Source of the DNA: Paramecium tetraurelia
Lineage: Eukaryota
NCBI GenBank assembly: GCA_000165425.1
Contig: CT868056.1
Location: 124,001-188,000 of the forward strand
Direction: 5' to 3'
Length of the DNA stretch: 64,000 bases
Positions 40,876 to 54,905 of the stretch are shown here, piece by piece. Within the stretch, counting starts at the first letter, position 1, and every line of letters begins with the position of its first letter. Below the pieces are notes generated by a model that searched no databases, was not told the DNA's origin, and saw nothing but the letters and a program-made list of their open reading frames with translations. The position numbers were made by a program, and so were the translations under genes.

Positions 40876-42859
40876 TCATTATGTATTTAATAGAGTTTGA
40901 TAATGCTCTATCTTTTCAGCCCAAGCCTTTTTATTTTCTGTGATTTACTCAATGAACTCAGATAATTGTGGCAGTATTTGTGAAAGAGTATTATAATAAG
41001 GGAGAACCTATTACTATTTTTTGTGTTTTTACCATAAAGTCAATAAATCCTATTTAGCTTTTGGCAACATTCGTTGTCCTTCTGTCACAAAGCATTGTAA
41101 CTGGAAGTCCTAACTCCTTCTCTCTGTCTCCTTGGTGCCAGAATTCCCCTAAAACTCTAAAGGTCCATTACTCATAGTTTTTCATGGGTTTGAAAGGATT
41201 ACTGATATCTGCAGCATGTAATAAAGTATCAAAACAAATCCCTTTATCTTTAGATCCAGGGTCAAAATCATTTGAAGCCAATCTTGCCTTCAATTTATTA
41301 TAATCTAAAATAATTGAATGGAATACCTTTTCCATGCATGGCATTGTCAGTACTTAGAATCATGTTAATTGATTTTTCTCTAAAGTATTTAAAATCTTAT
41401 AGTGTGAAATGAACCAACAAATCAGTCTCTCTAATGTATCTGAACAAGGTAGCTGCATGATGTTATTCAAGGGGAGACTTATCATTATAAGTCATAGCCA
41501 AATCATGTCTAGTGTTGGATAGGAAAATGTTATTTAAGCCTGGATGGTCAGCATCATGAGCTGCAGCAGACATTAAGAGAATAGAGTAGTCTATTTTAGT
41601 CAGTTTTCCTATTTCCTTGAAGTTGCATTTTTAAATGAAGAAATAGACAGTATGAGTGACATCAAAGGCATGAATTACGTTATGGTATAAGTTATCTTTG
41701 TGATAACTTAATGCAATTTTGTCTACACATTTCTTAAAAGATTCTGGAGAGATCCTCAAGTTACTGAACAATGACTCTTGTTGGAAGTAGTAACACATCA
41801 AATGGGTCAGTATGGAACTATCATATTTTTAAAAGAGAGAAAAGTAATCATAATCTAGATTCAAGATGTTTTAATCGAAATCCAGCTTTAATTATTCTGG
41901 CAGATGAGATTCATCAGGAAACTATGTATCAGATGACATTGAACGCTTCAAATCTTGAGAAATATGTTGTTGCTATTATTGTTGATAGAGCCATCCCAAA
42001 GCTTCACTCTTTTTACCCTCTATTATGGGTTCATAGACAGTGTTGTTGGATATGTGAGTGATGCCCCAATTCAATTGTTTTATAATGTCTGGATCCTCGA
42101 ATTGATCAGCAAGATCCCTCATTATTTCTATTACTTTTTCGACTGGGGAACGAACTACGTATCTTGTGCCGGCATTATTTATCTTTTTGACTTGATTGTA
42201 CTGTTCGAAAATAATATTAAAGAAATTTACTTTGCGAAAGACTAAAAATAGCCTTAAAAATCTGAAGATTCCTCTTAAAACTTTGCTTATCGTAGTAAAT
42301 GCATCACCTTCTAAATTGAGATCGAGAATGATCAAAACGATTGAAGCAATTATAATGAGAGCATCGAAGACTGACCACAAATCGGAAAAGTATGTCTAGT
42401 GTATATGAATATGGTATACTATGGGTCCAACATCGATACATCTGATTGAAATTTCTAAAACAAATAGAATGAGAATGACTAATTCAATTATTTTAGTTAT
42501 AAAGAGAGTCTTTTCTATGTCGGGATCTTCTTTAGCATCGTTAGCTATACAAATTATTACTAAGTAAGTTACATGTAAATGAGAAGTTAATGAACACCAG
42601 TAACGTAAAGAGGACAACTAGAATGATGACAACCTTATCTATCAGTGGAATTCCAACCAGCTTTTGATCAGTGATTCTGCAATTATTTTGTAAAAATTTA
42701 CTCATCCACAACTACACGATCAACCCCATCTATATTGTAAGAAGACCTACGATCTCCCAGAATGTTAGAAATTTCCTTTGAACCTCGTGGAACTACTTTG
42801 GCCCCCATTTGACCTGCATTCCTTTTGGAATCCTCATTCAATTGCTATTCTTCTGCCAT
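40876..42859 (-). CDS. Voltage-sensor domain (S1-S4) fused to class I 3',5'-cyclic nucleotide phosphodiesterase
   Basis: S2 ILILFVLEISIR, S3 WSVFDALIII, S4 KVLRGIFRFLRLFLVFRK; PDE motifs YHNVIHAFDV, HDADHPG, YNDKSPLEQHH, STD, HAADISNP, EFWHQGDREK, SQIGFID; several 24-30 nt introns. Confidence 0.92.
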
Positions 42860-43053
42860 ATAAGTTTATTTTATTAATTAAATTTTCAATCCTTGAATCT
42901 TTGTATGTAACTGCAAGAATTACTCATTACTCACTGAGGGTAGAAAGAGAATTCAGGACAAAAACTAAACTTTTAGGTTTTCGGTTTTTTTTCAATAATA
43001 ATAGTAGAGCTTCAACCTTAAAAATTCTATAATGTTTTTAATAGATTATATTT

Positions 43054-44051
43054 TCAATCAAATCGAGGACCATCTTCAATTTAGCCATCCAAAACTATTG
43101 TAAACAGTATATCTTACTCATATCCTCAATTTTTCTTTCAATGTTGATGTCCTATCCGAACTGGATTTAGAAGGGAAGATTGACAAGCTATTGAAATGGT
43201 ATCTGAGCTATCATTTGGTTCAAAGGAGGTGGATAAGGAAAAATGATGTGTTGTGGGAAGTAGGGAGGTGGTTGCGGTCTATAAGGGTTGAACTATTATT
43301 CTTAAACAGGTTGCGTTTTAATTCTTTTGGTTAGTGATGGTTCAGCAGGTTTCCTCCCTCTTTTTTTTGGTTCGGCTTGTTGACCTGGGTTCTTTGGTTT
43401 GGGTCCTCTCTTTTTAGGAATTGCTGATGTAACTACATCAAAACAGGTGTCGTTTTGAAATTTGTTCTCATCCTTGCTTTTATAATCTTCACTTACTATT
43501 TTTAATATCACATGAACAAATTCATGTCTGTTAAAACAATTGATGTGATCTGCTGATTTGATATGCTAAATTATTAGATTTCTAAATGTACATCCAAATA
43601 ATCATCATAAGGTTTACGGCAAACTCCGCAATATCTGTGTTTTCTTCCTGGCTTAGGAATTTACTATCTATATAATGGAGTATTACTAATTTGGTTTTTT
43701 TTGTTGTGTATTCCTAAACCTTTTTTTAGTGATCCTCCTTATATTTCTACATGCTCTTTATATAGTCATTCTAATTAAAGTATTCATTTAAATTATACTC
43801 GATCCACTTCCAAAATGAACCCTGGTAAGCATTGCTATTCATCCTAGTTGAAAACAGGGACAATATTTTCATAACAAGATAACTACACTATTTAGATCTC
43901 ATACAGCATCATTGTATAAAGGGCAAAAATCAATGTTGGTAACATTTTTGAGCCAACATTTGGTACTCTTGGGTTGGAGATTGAATTGATGTTCAGGGCA
44001 TTTAGGTTGACACTTGCGTTTGCCTGAACTTTATAATTTTTCTCCGGCCAT
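43054..44051 (-). CDS. DBF4-type zinc finger protein with AT-hook-like basic motifs
   Basis: YCGVCRKPYDDYLD/HIKSADH; KKRGPKPK, KKRGRKP; Pro-rich segment. Confidence 0.7.
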
Positions 44052-44254
44052 TTAAATTAATTATATATTTGATATTCAATTATTTCCCCCTTCCCTTGTA
44101 GACATTGGGACACTCCGCAAGAATCATTTGGAAGCTTTTAAATTTTGGAGTATCCACATGTTGAAAACAAACACTTTTCCTTATTAAAAATACAAAAATA
44201 ATTATTATTTAATTATGCAATATATCGATTAAGGAAGTGCTCTTTCTAATAAAA

Positions 44255-46476
44255 ATGTCCCAGGCAGAAGACTTCAAAAGAAGAACTCCCTCTTCTATCA
44301 AGTAACACCATTGTAAATAGAATAGCAAGCCGTGTTAGAAAATGAAGAGTTTACACAACGCTACCAAAAGAATGCCGATGAATTGCAAGTATTCAAGGAT
44401 GACCCTTACCTTGAACCCCACAAATAGCACTTCTCAGTAAGGAACGCGAAATTCTTCGAACTACTTGAATAGATTGTCAAAGTGGAGTCATCTCTGAAAG
44501 ATTTTGCCAAGGGGTAACTGGATCTATAAATATTAGATACGAAAAATATGGGTTTTAGGTCTCAGACACTGGAATTACATATAAAGAATGGGCTCCTGGG
44601 GCGAAAGAAGTTTATTTGACTGGTGATTTCAATAATTGGGATAAAATGCAATATTCTCTAACTTCAGATTCTTTTGGAAATTGGGAAATATTTTTACCCA
44701 GAAATGAAGACGGCTCCTATTTGATACCACACGGTTCACGAGTCAAGACATACATAAAGGATGCCAATAATCAATACTAATTCAAAATTCCAGCATGGAT
44801 TCGAACTACTTGGTAGAATCAAGACAATAAAGTATTTAATCAATAATAATATATTTAAGTTATATGACGGAGTATTTTATAATCCCGAAAACAAATACGA
44901 GTTTAAGTCCAACAGACCACCAAAGCCTAGATGTCTTAAAATATATGAGGTACATATCGGAATGGCTGGTATTGATCCAAGAGTACACACCTTCAAAGAA
45001 TTCACCCAAACAGTTCTCCCAAGAGTAGTCAAACTGGGATACAATGTCATCTAAATAATGGCAATACAAGAACATGCCTATTATGGAAGCTTTGGATACC
45101 ATGTTACCAACTTCTTTGCTGTCAGCAGCAGATTTGGCAGTCCAGATGACTTAAAAGAGTTGATTGATACAGCACATTCCCATGGAATTACTGTGTTGAT
45201 GGACTTAGTTCATAGTCATGCATCCAGTAATGTTTTAGATGGCATTAATCAATGGGATGGCACCGATTATCAATATTTCCATGCTGGTGGTAAGGGGAAA
45301 CATGATTTGTGGGATTCTAAACTATTTGATTATTCTAAATGGGAAGTGATAAGATTTCTATTATCCAATTTGTCCTGGTGGATTAACGAATATTAATTTG
45401 ATGGCTTTAGATTTGATGGTGTTACATCGATGTTATATGTTCATCATGGAAATGGCTATGGTTTCACAGGAGGATATCATGAATACTTTAATGAATTAGC
45501 TGATATCGATTCATTAGTGTATTTGATGTTGGCAAATGATCTCATACATGAAATTCATCCTAATGCAATTACAATAGCTGAAGATGTGTCTGGTTATCCA
45601 ACATTGTGCCGTAATATTAAAGAAGGTGGAATTGGATTTGATTACAGAATGGCTATGGCTGTTCCTGATAAATGGATTAAATTACTTAAGGAATTTAAAG
45701 ATGATGATTGGGATATGGGAGATATCGCTCATACTCTTACCAATAGACGTTATTTAGAAAAATGTATATGTTATGCTGAATCTCATGACTAAGCCTTGGT
45801 GGGAGACAAAACTCTCTCCATGTGGCTCTTTGACAAGGAAATTTATAGTGAAATGAGTACTCTTTAGCCAGAAACTTTAGTCACTTTTAGAGGCATGGCT
45901 TTACATAAGATGTTGAGATTGATTACATTTGCATTAGGTGGAGAAGGATACTTAAATTTCATGGGTAATGAATTTGGACATCCTGAATGGATTGATTTTC
46001 CAAGAGAAGGTAATGGATGGAGTTATCATCACGCCAGAAGAAGATGGGATTTAGCTGACGATTAATTCTTAAGATATTCTAGACTCCTGTAATTTGATGC
46101 TGAAATGATCAACCTAGAGGATAAATATCCCTGGTTGCCTAATGGTGAATAATGGGTGACTGAAAAACACAATGAAAGCAAAGTTATTATATTTGAAAGA
46201 GGATCCTTACTCTTTGTATTTAATTTCCACCCTACTTAAGTATTTTGTTTTAATTAATATTAGTCATATGAACATTTTAAGGTGGGCACTAAATTTGAGT
46301 CAGATCACCAAATTGTTTTAGATACTGATGATGTTAGATTCGGAGGGCACTCGAGGGTATCACCGTCTTATGGTCAGAATTTCCCAATCTTAAAGGAAGA
46401 ATGGCAAGGCAGACCTAATCATATCCAAATATATTTACCAAATAGATGTGCTATCGTTTTTAAATCAATTGAGTGA
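44255..46476 (+). CDS. GBE1: 1,4-alpha-glucan (glycogen) branching enzyme, GH13
   Basis: [89 protein letters not shown]. Confidence 0.97.
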
Positions 46477-46524
46477 TTTTTTGTTTAAAAAAGACATGCA
46501 TATAACGATTAATTTAATTTTAAA

Positions 46525-48161
46525 ATGTATTCACTATAGAAATTAGTGCCAAATAGTAAATTACAAATTAAGCCTGGAGCATTCTCTCAACATCAAAAAT
46601 TAAATTAAAGTGTCGATGGTGTATTGCCTGTAAATTAATAATCCTTACAGCAACTGCAAACTCAGATACAAATTTTAACTAAAAAAGAACCTATGCGTTA
46701 ATAAAATAAGAAACAAGAGTTACTATAGATCTTAGAGAATGCCTAAGCAAACCAAAAACAAACTAAATCAATGTCACCTAAAAGAACACCTTAGAAGTAG
46801 AAGAGTAACAGAAAATTGAATTTCAATTAAATCACAGATCAGGACAATATATTTTTGAATTCCAGTAATGCCATGGCCAATATGATTATTGAGAACATCT
46901 TAAATAAGGATGAATATTATGAGAAAATCAAATTAGAGAACTAAGAACTCAAAGATTAATCTTCCAAATTGTAAGTCACTCTAGGAGATCTCAAAAGGAA
47001 AATTACAACTCTGGAACGTCAGAATAAAGAGATCAATACCAACTTAAGCAATGAACGTCAAACCTATCAAAACGAGCTAATAAAAATCAATGAAAAAATT
47101 CAATCCATGAAAACTATGCAACAGAACTTATAGATGGAATAGAAGAAAAATGAATTGCTCTCAAAACAATTACAAGATCAAATCACAATTAATAATGGCT
47201 TAAAATCTTTTATCTGTGAAAACTGTTTGTAAAGTATAGAGTTCTTAACCTTCTTCTAAAAGTCGGTGTAAACCTTTTAACCACATCTAAGCAATGCCTA
47301 TGAAATTTTGATTTCGTTATCCAAGTATTCAACATCCTTTATTTTGGAATTTATCTCCAAAACCTAAAATTTGAATTTACCTGCATTGAGAAATTGCCTC
47401 CTACCTGAAGAATTTGATGTCAATGGATTTTTTGAGACTTTAGAAGAATTAAAGATGAATGAATCACCAGAATTATCATTTCGAAATAAAAATAACAATC
47501 CTGTCAAATAGAGTAATCATGCAAATAGCAATATCAACCTACCAATGCCTGAACCACAAAAATAAAATAAAAACACTTCTTTGTAAGAATAGTTCAATTC
47601 ATTCCTTGAATCTAGTGAACCTTTCTCGGATTCACAACTAGGGAGTCCTTATTTCACTGATCTAGATACTGTCGATAAGCAACGACCTATTAGTAAGGAA
47701 AAGCAAAGAAATTAGATGCCTTTGTAAATGAATGCTGCTAAAAGAATAAAACCAGAAATTAACTAAGCTCCTCATTATTTTTAATCATTCAAATAAAATG
47801 ATAATGAACTAACAGTTTTCGATTCTCTAATGAAAGAGCCACCAACAAACAAAGATCGATGCTCATCAGTTCATAGTTTAAGATATTTAGATTAACAAAT
47901 TCAAAAGGAATAAGACAAATCAACAAAAAGAAACAAAGAAAATTAATAAAATAATTGTCAATTCGTGATGGCTAAGTATGATTATAAAGCTTAAAAAGTA
48001 TTTATTATTATAAATGAAATTAATAGGATATTGATTTGAGTTTCAAGAAGGGAGATTAAATTAAACTACTAAAAAAGACAACAAACGGATGGTGGTATGG
48101 TGAAGATAAGAATTAGGTCAAAGGATACTTTCCACATAATTTTGTTCAATTATTAGGATGA
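46525..48161 (+). CDS. Coiled-coil protein with C-terminal SH3 domain
   Basis: AKYDYKAQK/DIDLSFKKGDQIKLL..NGWWYG..KGYFPHNFV; intron ~47998-48026. Confidence 0.88.
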
Positions 48162-48183
48162 TTGTAATTAAATAAATTAGTTT

Positions 48184-51100
48184 TCATTTTTTGATCTTAA
48201 CTTTCCAAAACATATCGATTTAACAATTTTATAATTTCTTATGTAGATTCTATGACTAAATTGCTATTCTTTTCAACTTAATCTGAAATAGAGACACAAT
48301 GAAATTTCTATGTAATATAAACTATAATACTTTGTTTAATGGCATGTTGGCGGATTAAAATATCAGCATTATCTTTTCTAACCATCCTCTATCAAATGAA
48401 ATGATATTAGCAAATGACACCAATCCCTTTTAATTTGTCTCATTTATTATTATCATCCTTAACAATTCCTCTATCTGTTGATACTAATGTTTGATCTATA
48501 TAGTATAATTCTCCTAAAAAACCAAGTAGTCATCAAATTCTATCTTTAACTCTTTAATTAAATTAGAAAAGAAAACATTTGCTGCAGCATTTGTATCTTT
48601 AACTTTCTCTTTTAAAGACAAAGTGTAAATTTAATTTTTCTCAGTTAAATTCAAATGTTCCATAAGAGATAATTACTATAACTTACCTTCAATTTGATCG
48701 TCTTTCTCTATAATTTATTAGAAGGAGGTGAGATTATTTTACTTTATAAAGAGTCCATCCTATGCAATCATATATAAATTATTGATTGATCCAAAGTTCA
48801 ATTCCAGAACTTCAGACTCTTAATCAGATACAATAATAAGGGTATTATTCTCATCCTAAGCTAATTTTTCAAGTGCTTAAACTAATTAATCTAAGTTTTA
48901 GATTTTCTGCACAAATCTCTTAGTATAAGCTAAAATTATAATTCTCTGATTATCCTAATGATTGCTATTAGAGAATTTAGACACAATGTTGGTGGTTTCA
49001 ATTGAACAGAAGTGTTTATCCTTTAATCCAATTGTTAATTCTTTGGCTGAATCATATAATTATTTATCAAGCCAAGAATCTTCACAATAACTCAAATGAT
49101 CATTCAACCTAAGTAACCAATCATTACTGCTTGGAACATTAATAAATGTTGGTTTCTTATCATTCAAGTAATTCAAAATAGCTTGAGCTGATTCTATAGT
49201 GTTATTTGGATTGATCTTCTTGTGGTCTACTTTTAATGAACACCATTAACTCAAGACTAGCTTAGCTGACTTCTTTCTAGATTATCTAATATAGATATAT
49301 TCCAAATAGTTCGAAGATATGCTTTCTCTTAGGGGTGTTTTAATGAAGATATCAGTCTTTCCGTATAGACTTATTAGTTCACTTTAGGATAGATCTAGCT
49401 TTATTTAAATTAATTCCTATTGATATTTCTAATTAATCTATTTGGCTATGGTTTTTATTTCTTCCAAGTATTTTTATATCTAGCAGTTACTCTAATACTC
49501 TTCATCATTATTTGTATATAAGATTTGAATCAATTAAATCCTATATTACTTTAGTAAATGCATCTACTCAACTATTTTGAATTTCTGCTGTAGACCACTT
49601 AAAAGTGATAGACTATCAACTCCAAGAAGTGTGAATTATTCTTCCTAGACAGGCTCATCTGCTGTTATTAAATTTTGTAATTATCTGATATTGAGACCGA
49701 CACTTCCATAATCCAATATGATTTTTCTGCCTAATACTTCAATAGTAAATGCACTCACACCTTAGACCTGTGTTAGTTTCTGGTATTTTTATGGTAAACA
49801 ATGCACAAATTGATACAAGTCTTTTAATTGTATTAATGAGATCAAATCACTCATTAATATAGACGATAAAATAGTTTCGCTACAAGATAATATTCTAAAC
49901 TATTTTGGATTTGGAAATGATCTTCTCATTATTATACATATTCTTGGTCTGCTCTCATTCTTCCTAATCAATCCTTCCTTGATATAGATTGGAATCAAAT
50001 AAAGGTGGTAATCAAAAATGAAGATAGAATGCAAATGACAAAATTAATTTTGAAATAGTGTACAATTTAGTGCTTCTTGTACATATTTTGCAAATATTTT
50101 ATTGATTTCCATATAATCATCTTCTGAATGCAATCGCAATTATGGGGTTAAATTATTGAAGATTGGACTTATCAATTAAGGGAAACACTCTAATAAATCC
50201 TCGTCTATTTAAATTCCAAAACACTTGTACTATTCGTAAACATGTTATTAAATTAGAATGTATTCATTTTCATCCTAAACTTAAATTCCCATCCATCCAA
50301 TCCAAATCGCCTTCAGACTTAATCTGTTGCTAAAGAGATTGTACATATTGGCATAATAAGGATCTGAGGTCAATTCAAACTTGTATTTGTTTGTTATATC
50401 TTGATATAATTACTATTATAAACATACCCTGTTTGTTTTTCACTTAATGAAATTAATCAATTAAAGTTATTTTTATAGGTATCTTCAACGACAAACAAAT
50501 CACATAAGAATCTATGAGTATTTGAGTTGAGTTGGATCGCTTCCTTTTGTAATCGAATATCAAATCAGGCGATCCATATTATTCAGATATTTTTCTAAAT
50601 TTAGAAATTGACTTTAACTTTTGTTTACTTTCAAAATGACTCTAATTTAGATTACCTTATTATATTACTTTGATTAAATCTCGCCAATCGATTTCTAATT
50701 AACGAATGCTTGTGGGACCTCTAACTTCTTTCGCATATTCTGGAATACTTTCATTATCGGACTTAATATTTAAAGATTAACATACTGAATCTATGGCCAT
50801 ATCAAAGGGGTTATAGTCTCTTGATCGATTCATTTTTTAAACTTTCACTAAAATATAATTAACACAGATGCATACTTAGCTCTTCTTGAACAAATTCATG
50901 TGATATTTCGTATTTTTAAAAAGTTCTAATGTTCATTTAAGGATCATCAAATTTTATATATAGGAAATTGCGCCTAAAATCGCACTTGTGAATTCTATTT
51001 GGGATATTCTCCCATATATAATTATCTCCATCTTAAATTAGACACTTGAATTCTAATATAAAACCTAAGAATAGCTCAATATGATTCTTAACTTGGATCA

Positions 51101-51267
51101 ATTTGAATTTTGCTTTCCTGAGTCCATTCAGGGTAAGTATCACTTGAGGTGCAGAGCAGGTAAGAATCATGAGGATTCCATTGACCTAGAAGGGGATGAT
51201 TACCACAAATTCGAACAATTTGTGAATATTTAGTCTCTTTTGTCACCTTAAAACTAATGTATGACAT
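48184..51267 (-). CDS. CBM20 - trehalose-6-phosphate synthase-like - trehalose phosphatase-like fusion (degenerate motifs)
   Basis: N-terminal IVRICGNHPLLGQWNP..TYPEW (CBM20); IFDYHLYLIP (GT20-like); KLAQDENNTLIIVS..MIAQDG (TPP-like). Confidence 0.8.
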
Positions 51268-52198
51268 CTTAAATTATGGGAATTATAATTTATTTAATAA
51301 TTGAAGAACTGATCTTTCAGGGAAATAAATGATTTTGTAAGAATATTTCTTTAAATCCTTTTGATACTTCTATTTTTATCATAGATCTTTATATTCGATT
51401 ATAATATGAGTATACTAAAATTGAATTAGAAATAGAGAAGAGTTTTGAACAATTATGGATGAGTTTTGAAAAATAATATAAATTTAAACACTCATGATTC
51501 TGTTGAATATGCTTTTAAAGTATTTTGAAGGTGAAATTATATACATTATCTAATAAATAGTCAATATCAAAATTAAGATTTAATATTTTAAATGTATCAC
51601 TAAATGGGTGGGTTAAATATTGTGTGATTGAAATATTAAGTGAAAATCTATGAAATTAGACATCAATTATGGGACTGTTGACTTAATTCATTTTTATAAA
51701 TACTTATTAAAAAAGGAGAAAAATGAAAATAGTAGTGTACATATGTTAAAAAAAAATACAAATCCATTTAGGGCAAATAAATTATTATATTTAGAAGTAA
51801 TTGAATAGAAAAAAAGTATTTAATTTAAAAATTGGGTGTTATATCAATTAAAAGGGAGAGATGACATATATAGATTTCAAAATGATGGACCATTTTCAGT
51901 GAAAATTTAAAAATTTTCATTTTCATTTTCATTTAATTTGCTTAGTAAAGTATAAAGTAATTTATAATTTCAATTTGATAATGAATGAAAATATCTAAAA
52001 TATATGATGAGCACTTCACTGAAGTAGAGTATAATCAATAATATTAATGAAGAGAAGAGAATTAAAATTAATTAGATGTTTTTAATCGATTCAATAAAAT
52101 AATTTAATTATAAATAATATATTCTTAACCAAAAAAGAATAAAAAATGAATGGTTGTTGTTGATTTTATATATGTTGTGATAAATATCACTTAGATTA

Positions 52199-53651
<1,453 letters not shown>

Positions 53652-54028
53652 TCATAAAATTCACCCCCATTCCCAAAATATCTTAATTAATTCATAACTG
53701 ATTATATATAGTTATACGCAATAATTATTCAAATTTAAACCATCCTCATTCTCATCGTTCATCTCAACCATCCTTCTCCCCCTCTCTCCTCGTCCAATCT
53801 AATTGCTCTCATCTTCTAACTTATTTGGTCGAAACTTGCATTCATTTATTTTTTCACTTCATTGCCATATTAAATCCTCCTTCTTCCAACAAGGTGTATA
53901 TTAACCTTTTCCTTCTTGCTCCCAATAATCATCCGATTTTGAAACTTGCATCAATTTATCACATTTTATGATAATGGACAATAATTATTTAATATTTATA
54001 TAATAGTGAATATCATACATATTAAATT

Positions 54029-54889
54029 TCATTCCTTTTTCTTATTGACAAAATAAAGTAAATTAATATCATATATATGGTACCAGAAATACCAAATAAG
54101 AAGGAATAATATATTAAAGATAACTAAAGCAAGTGTTTAAATGGTTCTACCAGTTTCTCCAGAAATTGTAATTCCATGAATATATGGGTCATCAACATGT
54201 CTTAGTTACAATGATAGGTTTTCAAAACTTGTAGCTTCATCATCTATTAGTTCTTTATAAATAAAACCATTCTTAAAAGCACCCTCCTTAAAAAATATAA
54301 TTTATCCTTCTTCATTGATAACTTTAAACAAATATCAGTCAAAATATATAATTTTTCCCCCTTCCAATACCAAGGAGTTACAGGTATGCCACTTGACATA
54401 TTGCATTATGGCAATTTTTTTATAATTTTTTATGTTTTTAGTTTTGATATATAGAGTTATAAACAATATGTTTGTGGCAACATCATGTTAGCCAACTTCT
54501 GATCAACGAACCCAAAAAATTCATGAAAATTTATTTTCTAGTAGTATGTTGTATTGTTGGTTTCAAAATAAGGATCGTAGTGATTTTAGATGAATCTGAA
54601 TTTTTAATCATTGAGTTCTCCGAGTATTGAGTATTGTCCAAATTGCTTTTAATTCAAGTTCAGAGACCAATCTATAGTTTCCTAGATAATAGTTACAAAT
54701 TACTTTTTCAATTATAAATTGCTATTGGAAGTCCTCTTATTGGTAAGGTAGAATAAAAAAGGAACACGAAAATAGAAGTAAGATTAAATCAATAATGCAT
54801 ATGGCATAAAATAGAATACAAAAGAATCTATTTGGAATGAGTTGCTGTATTTTAAAACAATCACATCTAACAAGATAAACTTATAACAT
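54029..54889 (-). CDS. Two-TM hypothetical membrane protein, possibly frameshifted; 3' end uncertain
   Basis: ATG 54889, N-terminal hydrophobic helix, 22-nt intron ~54682-54703, C-terminal hydrophobic helix; reading frame ambiguous at 54100-54330. Confidence 0.5.
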
Positions 54890-54905
54890 AAATTATTAAT
54901 GTATT

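Noticed and set aside
42231..42640. Interpretation of the S1-S4 region as an ion channel gene
   Set aside because: No S5-pore-S6 or selectivity filter; the Hv1 Asp is absent; the frame continues directly into the PDE domain
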